NCBI GenBank assembly: GCA_043825875.1
Contig: JBDRRF010000018.1
Coordinates: 1 to 64,000 of the forward strand
Reading direction: 5' to 3'
Source of the DNA: Pseudomonadota bacterium
Lineage (GTDB): Bacteria > Desulfobacterota > Desulfobacteria > Desulfobacterales > RPRI01
DNA: 64,000 bases
Positions 1 through 9,854 of this stretch are shown piece after piece. The notes below the pieces were generated by a model. That model saw only the letters and a program-made list of their open reading frames with translations. It was not told where the DNA came from and ran no database searches. A program made the position numbers and the translations under genes. How positions within the stretch are numbered: position 1 is the stretch's first letter; the number at the start of each line of letters is the position of its first letter.

Positions 1-139
1 CCAGTTTCAAAACGCCCCATTTTGGCCGATCTCTGCGTTGGGCTCAAATTTCAATCCTCGAAATACTAAATGTATTCCTGTGGTTGAAATTTTCTCCCGC
101 CTTGAGCTTGACCAAACTGAAACGTTTTGAAAGTGGCTC
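1..139 (+). mobile_element. MITE-like repeat, family A, copy 1 (left end cut by window)
   Basis: Near-identical to copies at 839, 27932, 29845 and 56892; ends in CGTTTTGAAAGTGGCTC, the terminal inverted repeat. Confidence 0.85.
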
Positions 140-282
140 GATAATATAATTTTTTCTTTACGTTTATTAAAAGGATAAACTATAAGAAGGCCGAACATAT
201 TATTGCAAAAAATATGTTGATAGATTAATATAATTTCAAAATTATCTTATATAATTAATGATTGTTAAGGAGATTGGTCAAT

Positions 283-810
283 ATGAAAATTCATACGCTG
301 TTATTGCTTGTCGCCCTGGCAGTAATTGCCGCTTTTGCTGCACTTAACTGGACCACATTCACAACAACGACAACTCTTTTTCTGGGTTTTACCGATGTTC
401 AGGCACCTCTTGGATTAGTCATGCTTGGAGCAGTATCTTTTATAACTGTTTTGTTCCTAGTGTTTATGATCTATCTGCAAACATCTGTACTATTTGAGTC
501 TCGTCGCCATGCACGGGAACTGCAGGCCAATCGTGAACTTGCAGACCAGGCCGAGACTTCGCGTTTCACTGAATTGCGAACCTTCATGGAAACAGAAATA
601 GCAAAACAGGAAGCCTTAAACAAAGAATCGAATGCAGCCATGCAGGCAAAGATAGATCTGCTTAATCAAGACCTCATAACTGCAATAGAACAGTCGGGAA
701 ACACACTTGCGGCATATATCGGTGAAATGGAAGATCGGCTTGAAAGAGGAGATGATGATCAGACTCCCAACCTACTTCCTGATATCGCCGATGAAGAAAA
801 AGAGTTATGA
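283..810 (+). CDS. LapA/DUF1049-like membrane protein with C-terminal coiled coil
   Basis: AGGAG RBS before ATG 283; two N-terminal hydrophobic helices with FAALNW...APLGLV pattern, then coiled coil. Confidence 0.6.
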   Translation: MKIHTLLLLVALAVIAAFAALNWTTFTTTTTLFLGFTDVQAPLGLVMLGAVSFITVLFLVFMIYLQTSVLFESRRHARELQANRELADQAETSRFTELRTFMETEIAKQEALNKESNAAMQAKIDLLNQDLITAIEQSGNTLAAYIGEMEDRLERGDDDQTPNLLPDIADEEKEL

Positions 811-838
811 TATGTCAGCATGAATGTATGTCACTGAT

Positions 839-1024
839 GAGCCAGTTTCAAAACGTCCCATTTTGCCGATCTCTGTGTTGGGCTCAAATTTCGCACGAAG
901 TGACACGTAGTGAAGCATAAGCGCTAGCCTTTAGCGCTATCCTCGAAAAACTCGATGTATTCTTGTGGTTGAAATTTTCTCCCGCCTTGAGCTTGACCAA
1001 ACTAAAACATTTTGAAATTGGCTC
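839..1024 (+). mobile_element. MITE-like repeat, family A, copy 2, with internal ~46-bp insertion
   Basis: GAGCCAGTTTCAAAACG...TTTTGAAATTGGCTC ends; extra segment 893-938 absent from other copies. Confidence 0.85.
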
Positions 1025-1358
1025 TTGGGTTTGTCTTTTTTGCTAAAATTACATTTGCATCTCAATGATATTTAGTATAATCTATTACCAAGAATTTTTA
1101 ATTCATTCTCTCTTTTCTGCTCCCCACTAAATATGTTCTTTATTCATTGTTAATTATATAAAAATAACAACTGACGATAAGCCAAGAATTCAAATGTGAA
1201 ATTTATTTCTCTAAAACTATTCATTACACTTGGGTTCATTATTTATTTTTATAATCATATAATTTTAATACCTTAAAGTAAATATAGTCAATCGTTCAAA
1301 CTGTTATATGCGCAGAAAAGGCTGAATTGAGATTTTCACCCCATTGGAGGGTTTTATA

Positions 1359-4300
1359 ATGGAGAGAAAGCCGACCTATGAAGAATTGGTACAAAAGGTA
1401 AAAAAATTAGAAAAAGAATTAATTGAATTAAAAGCAATACGTATGTATGCGGATCCGACAAAAGATATAGCAGGCAATGGTATCCGCTCGGATACTACAG
1501 GATTCAAAGAGGTTGAACGGATTGAACAGCATACTGATAACTTATATCGACAGCTAATCGATCTTTATAACAGCCCGATCCATGTTTATGACAGAGAATC
1601 AAGGCTCATATTCATGAACCGGAAAACAGCTGAGATTATTGGCGGTAAGCCCGAAAGTCTTATAGGAAAAAAACTAACGGAAATCTTTGTATCTCCTATG
1701 GCTGAAGACTTGGTGAAAAAAAATCTAAATATTATTGAGACAGGACAACCAGCTGATTATGAAATCCCCATTGAATTTTTCGGCAAAAAAAGATGGTATT
1801 GGTCTCATGCTCAACCCATAAAAGATAAAGATGGTAATTTCTCAATTCTAATGGTTATCTCTTATGATATTACCGAACGTAAAAAATCGGAAGAAAAACT
1901 CAGGAGGAGGGAACATTTGTTAAACCAAGCCCAGAAGCTTGCGCATCTTGGCTCATACGAACTGGATATAAAGATTAACGATTACGAACGTTCCGATGAA
2001 TTATTCCGGATTTTCGGTGTTAACAGGCATGAAGTTGTTTCCGATGAGCGTATAATCAAAACCATACATCCTGATGACAGGAATTATGTAGAAAAGCAGT
2101 TTAAACTGTCACTAACAGGAAATAACCCGGGACCAATTGAATTCAGAATAATCCGGCCTGATGGCGAAGAAAGGGTTGCCTCGGCCAATTCGGAAATAAT
2201 ATTGGACGATAAAGGTGCCCCGGTTAAATTCATAGGATATGTTTTGGATATCACCGAACATAAAAGAGCTGAGCAAGAAATTCGGCGGAGGGAAAATCGG
2301 TTAAACCAAACCCAGAAACTTGCGCATATAGGATCATATGAGTTTGATATGATCAGAAATCGTTTCGAACGCTCTGATGAATTGTTCCGGATTTTAGGTA
2401 TTAACCAAAATGAAGTTAATCCCGAAGAACGTCTAATCAAATCTGTTCATCCGGATGATACGAATCATTTAGATAAGATTTTTCAACTATTGGAATCAGG
2501 GCATAAAATAGGGGCTTTTGAATTCAGAATAATCAGGCCTGACGGCGAAGAGCGGGTTGTCTCTGCCAATGCGGAGATAGTATTTGATGATAGCGGTGTA
2601 CCCATTAAAAGAACAGGTTATCTCTTGGATATCACCGAAAGTAAAAAGGTGGAGGAAGAACTCAGGCAGAGTGAATATTTGTTAAGCCAATCCCAGCAGC
2701 TTGCACATTTAGGATCATATGAATACGACATAAAAACAAACCGCTTCAAACGGTCTGATGAATTATTCCGGATTTTAGGTATTAACCAAAATGAAGTTAA
2801 TCCCGAAGAACGTATAAACACATGTTTTCATCCGGATGACAGGGATTATGTAGAAAATCAGTTTAAACAGGCCATAGCAGGAAATAGCAGCGATCTGTTT
2901 GATTTTAGAATAATCCGGCCTGACGGTGAAGAGCGGGTTGTCTCTGCCAATGCAAAAACATTTATGTCTGATAACGGCATGCCAAGTAAAGTGATAGGGT
3001 ATGTTTTGGATATCACTGAACGTAAACTGGTGGAAGATGAACTCCGGCAGAATGAAAGCATGTTAAACCATGCCCAGCAGCTTGCGCATCTCGGATCATA
3101 TGAATATGATATAATTAATAATCGCTACATAAGATCCGATGAAATATTCCGGATTTTCGGTATTAGCAGGGATGAAGTTAATCCCGAAGAAAATTTGATC
3201 CGATGGATTCATCCGGATGACAGAGGTTTTGTCGAAAATAATTATCAACTGCTATATGAAGGGATTAGCTATGAAAAAGTTGAATTTAGGATTGTCAGAC
3301 CTGATGGTGAAGAACGATTTATCTCAGGCATTACGGATGTGAGCTTTGACAATAAAGGTGCCCCGGTAAAAATAGTTGGATGCATTTTGGATATCACTGA
3401 AAGTAAAAAGGCGGAGGAAGAAATCCGGCAGAAACAATATTTGTTGGAGCAAGCGCAGAGGCTTGCTCATCTCGGTTCCTATAAATGGGATATAATTAAT
3501 CAACGCTACGATCGTTCCGATGAATTATTCCGGATTTTCGGTCTTACCAGAGATAAAGTTGCTCCTGATGATACTTTGTTCAAATGGGTTCATCCTGATG
3601 ACAAAGATTTTATTGAAAAAAGCTATGAAGATACTAATTCAGGGCGTAGCACAGGTAAAAAGGAATTTAGAATTATCCGGCCTGATGGCAACGAGAGGTA
3701 TCTCTTAAGCGATGAAGAAGTAATGCTTGATGATAGGGGTACCCCCATTAGAAGCATAGGAAGTGTTTTAGATATTACCGAACATAAAAAGGTAGAGGAA
3801 GAACTTCGGCAGAGTAAAAATTTATTAGACCAAGCCCAGCAGCTTGCTCATCTCGGATCATTTGAATATGATATAATTAATGTTCGCTATACAAGATCCG
3901 ATGAAATATTCCGGATTTTCGGTATTAGTAGGGATGAAGTTAAACCCGAAGATCATTTGACCCAATGGATTCATCCGGATGACAGAGATGATATTGAAAA
4001 AAAAGACCAAGCGATTGAAGCTGGGAACAAAATCGGTCCGAAAGAATTCAGAATTATCCGGCCTGATGGTAAAGAGCGAGTTATCTTATCTTATTGGGAA
4101 ATAATATTGGATGATAGTGGTGTCCCCATCAAAAAGATAGGGTGTCTTTTAGATATCACTGAACGCAAAAAAGTGGAAGAACAACGTGAAGAATTGATCC
4201 TGCAACTTCAGCAAACCCTTGATAATGTCAAAACACTGAAAGGGCTATTACCCATTTGCTCAAAATGCAAAAATATCCGTACCGATAAGGGGTATTGGAG

Positions 4301-4421
4301 CCAGATAGAGGTCTACATTCAAACTCACACAGATGCCTCATTCACTCATAGTATGTGCCCGGTATGCATGAAAGAAATGTATGGAAAAGAGGACTGGTTT
4401 AAAAATGTAAAAATAGAATAG
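1359..4421 (+). CDS. Multi-PAS sensor protein (1 PAS + 6 tandem PAS/PAC repeats) with C-terminal CxxC...CxxC domain, no kinase domain
   Basis: GGAGG RBS before ATG 1359; six AHLGS...HPDD...RPDG...DITE units; C-terminal LKGLLPICSKCK...HSMCPVC. Confidence 0.85.
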   Translation: MERKPTYEELVQKVKKLEKELIELKAIRMYADPTKDIAGNGIRSDTTGFKEVERIEQHTDNLYRQLIDLYNSPIHVYDRESRLIFMNRKTAEIIGGKPESLIGKKLTEIFVSPMAEDLVKKNLNIIETGQPADYEIPIEFFGKKRWYWSHAQPIKDKDGNFSILMVISYDITERKKSEEKLRRREHLLNQAQKLAHLGSYELDIKINDYERSDELFRIFGVNRHEVVSDERIIKTIHPDDRNYVEKQFKLSLTGNNPGPIEFRIIRPDGEERVASANSEIILDDKGAPVKFIGYVLDITEHKRAEQEIRRRENRLNQTQKLAHIGSYEFDMIRNRFERSDELFRILGINQNEVNPEERLIKSVHPDDTNHLDKIFQLLESGHKIGAFEFRIIRPDGEERVVSANAEIVFDDSGVPIKRTGYLLDITESKKVEEELRQSEYLLSQSQQLAHLGSYEYDIKTNRFKRSDELFRILGINQNEVNPEERINTCFHPDDRDYVENQFKQAIAGNSSDLFDFRIIRPDGEERVVSANAKTFMSDNGMPSKVIGYVLDITERKLVEDELRQNESMLNHAQQLAHLGSYEYDIINNRYIRSDEIFRIFGISRDEVNPEENLIRWIHPDDRGFVENNYQLLYEGISYEKVEFRIVRPDGEERFISGITDVSFDNKGAPVKIVGCILDITESKKAEEEIRQKQYLLEQAQRLAHLGSYKWDIINQRYDRSDELFRIFGLTRDKVAPDDTLFKWVHPDDKDFIEKSYEDTNSGRSTGKKEFRIIRPDGNERYLLSDEEVMLDDRGTPIRSIGSVLDITEHKKVEEELRQSKNLLDQAQQLAHLGSFEYDIINVRYTRSDEIFRIFGISRDEVKPEDHLTQWIHPDDRDDIEKKDQAIEAGNKIGPKEFRIIRPDGKERVILSYWEIILDDSGVPIKKIGCLLDITERKKVEEQREELILQLQQTLDNVKTLKGLLPICSKCKNIRTDKGYWSQIEVYIQTHTDASFTHSMCPVCMKEMYGKEDWFKNVKIE
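1941..4200 (+). repeat. Six tandem intragenic repeats with exact 381-bp period
   Basis: AH(L/I)GS codons start at 1941, 2322, 2703, 3084, 3465, 3846. Confidence 0.9.
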
Positions 4422-4520
4422 AGCCTGGCTCACATTGCACATGATAAATTATTACAGCCGTATAAGTAAGTTTTAATATTAAAACCTAAATTTTTTTATC
4501 TTAATTATTTTCTTCAAAAT

Positions 4521-4547
4521 TTCATAATCATTTCATAATCATTTCAT
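4521..4547 (+). promoter_or_regulatory. cre-tag-like direct repeat (TTCAT-N6-TTCAT-N6-TTCAT), putative CreB binding site
   Basis: TTCAT at 4521, 4532, 4543 (11-bp period) upstream of the operon containing creBC; E. coli cre tag is TTCAC-N6-TTCAC. Confidence 0.6.
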
Positions 4548-4620
4548 ATTTTAAATCCATAATCCCCAGTAATTAAAAATATCAAGATTGCAGCTTTTAA
4601 CTTTCAAACAAAAGGGGGTT

Positions 4621-6657
4621 ATGATGAATATCAAATTTAAAAAATGCTGGGTTTTTCTTATTACAGGATTTATTGTTTTTTGTGTTTGCCAAACAGGTTT
4701 TGCGGAAAGCAAAGAAGACAAAACACTTTCACCGTATTTTTATGTTGAAAACGGTGATGCGTCTGTGGATAATTTTCCGCTTGAAGAAACGGACGTGAAA
4801 GTTAATATAACCGGTGTAATTGCAGAGGTGGTTGTAACCCAAAAGTATAAAAACAATGGGATAAAACCCATTAGCGCGCGTTATATTTTCCCGGCTTCCA
4901 CACGTGCTGCTGTGCATGGCATGAAGATGATGATTGGAGACGAGGTAATTACTGCAAAGATTGAAGAACGGCAAGCAGCCCAAATAATCTTTGATACAGC
5001 TAAAAAACAAGGTAAAAGCGCATCGCTTTTAAAACAGCAGCGGCCCAATGTATTTTCAATGAATGTAGCCAATATCATGCCGAATACTTCCATACTTGTT
5101 GAATTAAGTTACACGGAGCTTCTGGTGCCAACTGACGGCATTTATTCATTTGTCTACCCAACGGTTGTGGGCCCCCGCTATTCCAGTCAGTCGGAAGCTA
5201 ATTCGCCTGAAACCGATCTGTGGGTTAAAAACCCTTATCTTAAAGAAGGATCTTTGCCCCGGACACATTTTAATATTAACGCCCATGTTTCAACAGGGAT
5301 TGCTCTTCAGGAAGTAATTTGCACATCACATGAAACCAATATCAATTATAAAAGTGATTCCTTTGCCGATATCAGTCTTAAAGATCCCGAAGATTTTGCA
5401 GGAAACCGCGACTATATTTTAAAATACCGGCTGGCTGATGAAAAAATAGAGTCAGGACTTTTGCTTTATGAAGGTAAAGATGAAAACTTTTTTCTACTTA
5501 TGGTACAACCTCCGGAAAGCGTTTTGCCAAAAGATATTCCGGGGCGTGAATATATATTTGTTGTTGATGTATCAGGTTCCATGCATGGCTTTCCATTAAA
5601 TACTTCCAAAATACTTCTTAAAAATCTTATCGGAAAACTTAAGCCAACCGATAAATTTAATGTGATTCTGTTTGCAGGCAGATCAAATTTGATGTCTTCT
5701 ACTTCTTTGCCTGCAAATACAGAGAATATTAATCAAGCCATACGATTGATTGATGGGCAGTCCGGCGGCGGCGGAACCAATTTGTATGCGGCATTAAAAA
5801 AGGCAATGGATATTGACAAAGATGAATCATTTTCAAGAAGTATTGTAATTGTGACAGACGGCTATATCACTGCTGAAAAAGATGTGTTTGACCTGATTCA
5901 TAATAATCTTAACCGGACAAATGTTTTTTCGTTCGGTATTGGAAGCAGTGTAAATCGATACTTAATAGAGGGCATTGCCAAAGCAGGGCTGGGTGAACCA
6001 TTTGTTGTTACAAAGCCTGAAGAAGCCTATCCTGTCTCAGAAAAATTCAGGCAATATATCCAGTCTCCTGTGTTAACCGGCATTTCGTTAAACAAATCCG
6101 GGTTTGAAGCATATGATATTGAACCTGAAAGTATCCCTGATCTTTTCGCAAAAAGGCCGGTAGTTGTTTTCGGGAAATACCGGAATAATGCCAAGGGTGT
6201 TATCGAAGTTAGAGGGCAAAGCGGATCGGGAGAATATGTTCAAGCAATCAATGTATCTGATGCCAAACCTTTGGAAACAAATCATGCGCTTAAATATTTG
6301 TGGGCAAGAACCCGTATTGCACAACTTTCGGATTTTAACTTCAATTATAACAGTGAAGAAAACAAAAAAGAAGTAACCTCTTTAGGGATTTCATATAATC
6401 TGCTTACTGCAAATACTTCTTTTGTAGCAGTACGTGAAGTTGTGGTCAATCCCGAAGGACAAAGCAAGGATGTAAACCAACCTCTGCCTTTACCAAAAAA
6501 TGTATCAAATCTTGCTGTAGGTGGTAGTATGGCAAGTGTCCCGGAACCGGATATATTGCTTTTGGTTATTGCTTTTGGTTTTATTACGGGTGGAGTTCTT
6601 ATGCTTAAAAAAGGATTTACGATCTATAAAAATAAGGGGAATACTTTTTACTTATAA
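4621..6657 (+). CDS. Secreted VIT + von Willebrand A domain protein with C-terminal PEP-CTERM-type sorting signal
   Basis: Signal peptide; VIT-like N-terminus; MIDAS DVSGSM; C-terminal VPEP + hydrophobic helix + KK. Confidence 0.85.
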   Translation: MMNIKFKKCWVFLITGFIVFCVCQTGFAESKEDKTLSPYFYVENGDASVDNFPLEETDVKVNITGVIAEVVVTQKYKNNGIKPISARYIFPASTRAAVHGMKMMIGDEVITAKIEERQAAQIIFDTAKKQGKSASLLKQQRPNVFSMNVANIMPNTSILVELSYTELLVPTDGIYSFVYPTVVGPRYSSQSEANSPETDLWVKNPYLKEGSLPRTHFNINAHVSTGIALQEVICTSHETNINYKSDSFADISLKDPEDFAGNRDYILKYRLADEKIESGLLLYEGKDENFFLLMVQPPESVLPKDIPGREYIFVVDVSGSMHGFPLNTSKILLKNLIGKLKPTDKFNVILFAGRSNLMSSTSLPANTENINQAIRLIDGQSGGGGTNLYAALKKAMDIDKDESFSRSIVIVTDGYITAEKDVFDLIHNNLNRTNVFSFGIGSSVNRYLIEGIAKAGLGEPFVVTKPEEAYPVSEKFRQYIQSPVLTGISLNKSGFEAYDIEPESIPDLFAKRPVVVFGKYRNNAKGVIEVRGQSGSGEYVQAINVSDAKPLETNHALKYLWARTRIAQLSDFNFNYNSEENKKEVTSLGISYNLLTANTSFVAVREVVVNPEGQSKDVNQPLPLPKNVSNLAVGGSMASVPEPDILLLVIAFGFITGGVLMLKKGFTIYKNKGNTFYL

Positions 6658-6695
6658 CCCTTGAACTCTGGAATCCTTGAATCCTCAAACCCTTG
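6656..6695. repeat. Short octamer tandem repeats (CTTGAACC-like)
   Basis: aacccttgaactctggaatccttgaatcctcaaacccttg; same family at 39703 and 53223. Confidence 0.55.
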
Positions 6696-6705
6696 CAGGA
6701 AAATT

Positions 6706-7569
6706 ATGAAAGATAATTTTTTAAAAAGATATCTTCTCCCACAAAAGCTTGTTTTCTATACACTTGCACTGGTTATAGCTTTTGGCCTTAAATATCATTA
6801 CAGTCATGCTGATAGCGATGATCTGGTCTGGATTTTGGCCCCTACAGCAAGCCTGGTAGAAATGATTATGCCGGTAACTTTTGAACTGGAAAAAGGGCAG
6901 GGATTTATCTGTAGCGAAAATCACATTATCATAGCTCCGGCTTGTGCAGGTGTAAATTTTATGATTATATCATTTTGCATGTTAGCCTTTTACGGGATTT
7001 ATCGCTTGAATTATATAACGGAAAAGTTCATGTGGCTGTTTTTCAGTCTTGCAGCAGCTTTTGTGCTAACACTTGTTGTAAATACAGTTAGAATTATCTT
7101 ATCAATTAATTTGTATGAATCGGGATTTAGCATGGGATGGTTTACGCCATCACGGATTCATCTGGCCGCAGGAATTTTCATTTATGTATCCTGCCTTTAT
7201 ATCGCCTATTTTACTATTCGATTAATTCTCAATAAATATCAACTTAATCTTATGAAAAAGAAAACCAAAGAAACCAAAACACCTATGCAGCCGTTTGAAG
7301 GGAAACGAAATCTAAGTATTTTGATTCCCCTTATATGGTACTGGCTCATCATGCTGGGGGTTCCATTAATAAACGGCTGGTATAAGAAAAGCATAAATCT
7401 TTTTGGAGAATATACTGCTGTGGTAATAATTATATGTTCGGTCATTTGCCTGGCTTTTTTCTGTTTTCAGTTGTTTTATGTGAAATTAATAGATAAGATT
7501 GCAAGCCATAAAACAAACGGTATTCATACACTTGTATACCCTGATAATTCGGACAAGCTGCAATCGTAA
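6706..7569 (+). CDS. xrtK: Exosortase K-like (exosortase/archaeosortase family)
   Basis: Multi-TM protein with IAPACAGVNF (Cys), NTVR (Arg), RIHL (His); LKYHYS...L.WILAPT N-terminus; adjacent to a PEP-CTERM-type target. Confidence 0.75.
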   Translation: MKDNFLKRYLLPQKLVFYTLALVIAFGLKYHYSHADSDDLVWILAPTASLVEMIMPVTFELEKGQGFICSENHIIIAPACAGVNFMIISFCMLAFYGIYRLNYITEKFMWLFFSLAAAFVLTLVVNTVRIILSINLYESGFSMGWFTPSRIHLAAGIFIYVSCLYIAYFTIRLILNKYQLNLMKKKTKETKTPMQPFEGKRNLSILIPLIWYWLIMLGVPLINGWYKKSINLFGEYTAVVIIICSVICLAFFCFQLFYVKLIDKIASHKTNGIHTLVYPDNSDKLQS

Positions 7570-7602
7570 GATTCCGACACATTCTAAACAGGGACTAATA
7601 TC

Positions 7603-8298
7603 ATGAAGCCAAAAATCCTTATTGTTGAAGATGAACCTACAATTATAGATTCCATCCAGTATGCTCTTGAAACTGACGGGTTTGATGTTAGTTGCCTTTC
7701 ATCCGGCAACCCTGTCATGCAACTATTATCTGAAAAGAAGATGGACCTTATTATACTTGATATTGGTTTGCCGGATATTAATGGTCTTGAACTGTGCAAA
7801 GAAATCAGAAAGACTTATACTATCCCCATTATTTTTTTAACGGCCAGAGCAGATGAAGTAGATCGTGTGGTAGGCCTTGAAATCGGTGCAGACGACTATG
7901 TGGTTAAACCTTTCAGCCCAAGGGAACTTACAGCAAGGGTTAAAGCCGTATTGAGGCGCACATCAAACGCAAATATCCCAACACCTTTGGCCGGGACGTT
8001 TCAACCAAAATCATTTCAAATAGATGAGTCAAAGCGCCGTATATCCTATTTTGATACTTCTATGGAACTATCCCGTTATGAGTATGAAATCTTGAAAACA
8101 TTCATCCAAAGACCGGGGCAGGTCTATACTCGTGATCAGCTCATGGATATTGTGTGGGATGAACCCGAAGCCAGCATGGATCGAACCGTTGATGCACATA
8201 TTAAAAACATTCGTGCAAAACTTAAAAGTATTAATAGTGAAATCGATCCTATTATAACACATCGTGGAACGGGATATTCACTGAAAGAGGGTCTATGA
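7603..8298 (+). CDS. creB: Two-component response regulator CreB (OmpR family)
   Basis: Receiver (VEDE, D-phospho site, KPFSPREL) plus winged helix; followed by creC, with creD nearby. Confidence 0.85.
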   Translation: MKPKILIVEDEPTIIDSIQYALETDGFDVSCLSSGNPVMQLLSEKKMDLIILDIGLPDINGLELCKEIRKTYTIPIIFLTARADEVDRVVGLEIGADDYVVKPFSPRELTARVKAVLRRTSNANIPTPLAGTFQPKSFQIDESKRRISYFDTSMELSRYEYEILKTFIQRPGQVYTRDQLMDIVWDEPEASMDRTVDAHIKNIRAKLKSINSEIDPIITHRGTGYSLKEGL

Positions 8299-9728
8299 AA
8301 TTAGGAGTAAGAATCTTTATCTGTTCTCTTTTAATATTTGTGGTTTGCTTTTATCCTCCCATAAACTGGATACTTGATAATCTTCGTATCCGTTATTTAG
8401 AAGGAGTCGAAGATCCGCTTGTTGATCAGGCTAATATCCTGGCGTCAATAGTGGGTATAGAAATGGAATCAGGAAGTTTTAAACCTGAAAAATTTGATAA
8501 AGCATTTAAAAATGTCTATGCACGCAATCTTTCTGCCGGAATCTACGACCTTTTAAAAACGGAAGTGGACATCCGGGTTTATATTACAGATAATTCCGGA
8601 AAAGTTATTTTCAATTCATATAGTAGCAATGAACTGGGAAAAGATTATTCCAACTGGCGGGATGTCTATTTGACTTTAGGTGGTGGATATGGTGCAAGGT
8701 CCACTTTGGAAAATGAGGATGACTCAAACTCTTCTGTTCTGCATGTGGCAGCACCTATAATGGTTAACAATAAAATCGCCGGTGTCCTGACTGTTGCAAA
8801 ACCAACCACGAATATCAATAATTTTTTGAGAAGAGCCAAGCCCCGGATTATAGGAATCGGAGCCATCTCTCTTTTGGCAGCAATATTTTTGGCATACCTG
8901 ATTTCGATCTGGATAACCCGCCCGATTATACGGCTAACCAATTATGCCAATGGTGTTGGAGCAGGAAAAAGACCGGCTTTTCCTAAACTCGATAAAAGCG
9001 AAGTCGGGGAGCTGGGAAATGCTTTTATAAAAATGCAGGAGGCTTTGGAAGGCAAAAAATATGTAGAGCAATATATTCAGAATTTAACCCATGAAATAAA
9101 GGGCCCGTTATCAGGCATTCGCGGAGCAGCGGAATTACTACAAGAAGATATGCCGCCTGATAAACGCGAGCAGTTTTTAGCAAATATCCGCTTTGAGACC
9201 AATCGAATTCAGGGAATAGTTGATCAGATGCTGGAATTATCAGTTCTGGAAAACTTAAAAAGCATACAAAAATCTGAAACATTGACGATTCATTCACTGG
9301 TAAAAACCGTACTTGAAAGCAAAAAAGCAAGCATTTCCATAAAAAAAGTTAGTATAAATTTTAAAATAAAAGAAGATATATTTATCCAGGGTGATTCCTT
9401 TTTACTTCATCAGGCCATCTCCAATCTTATCCAGAATGCCCTTGATTTCAGTATGCCCCATGAGCAAATTGATTTAACTGCCCGAACCAAATTAAATAAT
9501 GTGATTTTTGAAGTGGCAGACAACGGCCCCGGAATTCCGGATTATGCCGGTGATAAAATCTTTGATAAATTCTTTTCTCTTCAACGGCCTGATACTGGAA
9601 AGAAAAGTACAGGCCTGGGTTTAAATTTTGCCAGACAAGTGGCAATACTACATAATGGGGATGTGTACCTTAAAAATCGTTCTGAAAAAGGAGTAGTTGC
9701 AACACTGGTTCTGCCCATAAAGGAATGA
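8295..9728 (+). CDS. creC: Sensor histidine kinase CreC
   Basis: RDVYLTL.G.YGARST, YVEQYIQNLTHEIKGPL, HAMP, HATPase (DNGPGIP, STGLGL); ATGA overlap with creB. Confidence 0.9.
   Translation: MKLGVRIFICSLLIFVVCFYPPINWILDNLRIRYLEGVEDPLVDQANILASIVGIEMESGSFKPEKFDKAFKNVYARNLSAGIYDLLKTEVDIRVYITDNSGKVIFNSYSSNELGKDYSNWRDVYLTLGGGYGARSTLENEDDSNSSVLHVAAPIMVNNKIAGVLTVAKPTTNINNFLRRAKPRIIGIGAISLLAAIFLAYLISIWITRPIIRLTNYANGVGAGKRPAFPKLDKSEVGELGNAFIKMQEALEGKKYVEQYIQNLTHEIKGPLSGIRGAAELLQEDMPPDKREQFLANIRFETNRIQGIVDQMLELSVLENLKSIQKSETLTIHSLVKTVLESKKASISIKKVSINFKIKEDIFIQGDSFLLHQAISNLIQNALDFSMPHEQIDLTARTKLNNVIFEVADNGPGIPDYAGDKIFDKFFSLQRPDTGKKSTGLGLNFARQVAILHNGDVYLKNRSEKGVVATLVLPIKE
9624..9721 (+). repeat. 98-bp direct repeat, copy 1 (creC 3' end)
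   Basis: Matches 11760-11857 with 3 mismatches. Confidence 0.9.
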
Positions 9729-9854
9729 ATTGAGAGTTCACGGTTGAACACTTTTTCAAAAGCTTTTTGATTAATATTATTCCAAACAAAGCTTATATTA
9801 CTAGCTTATGAGTTCTGCAAAAAACTATAAAATTACTTATAGGGAGATACAAAA

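Noticed and set aside
7..198. 63-aa minus-strand ORF, and the N-terminal extension of rmuC from 29931
   Set aside because: Both read through MITE family A sequence; a better rmuC start exists at 30048
2084..3061. Repeated minus-strand ORFs inside the PAS gene, and other antisense ORFs within long genes
   Set aside because: Shadow frames of well-supported genes on the opposite strand
1941..4200. Regular repeats as a CRISPR array or DGR template/variable repeats
   Set aside because: They are in-frame 381-bp coding PAS units; there are no spacers, no cas or reverse transcriptase gene, and differences are not adenine-specific
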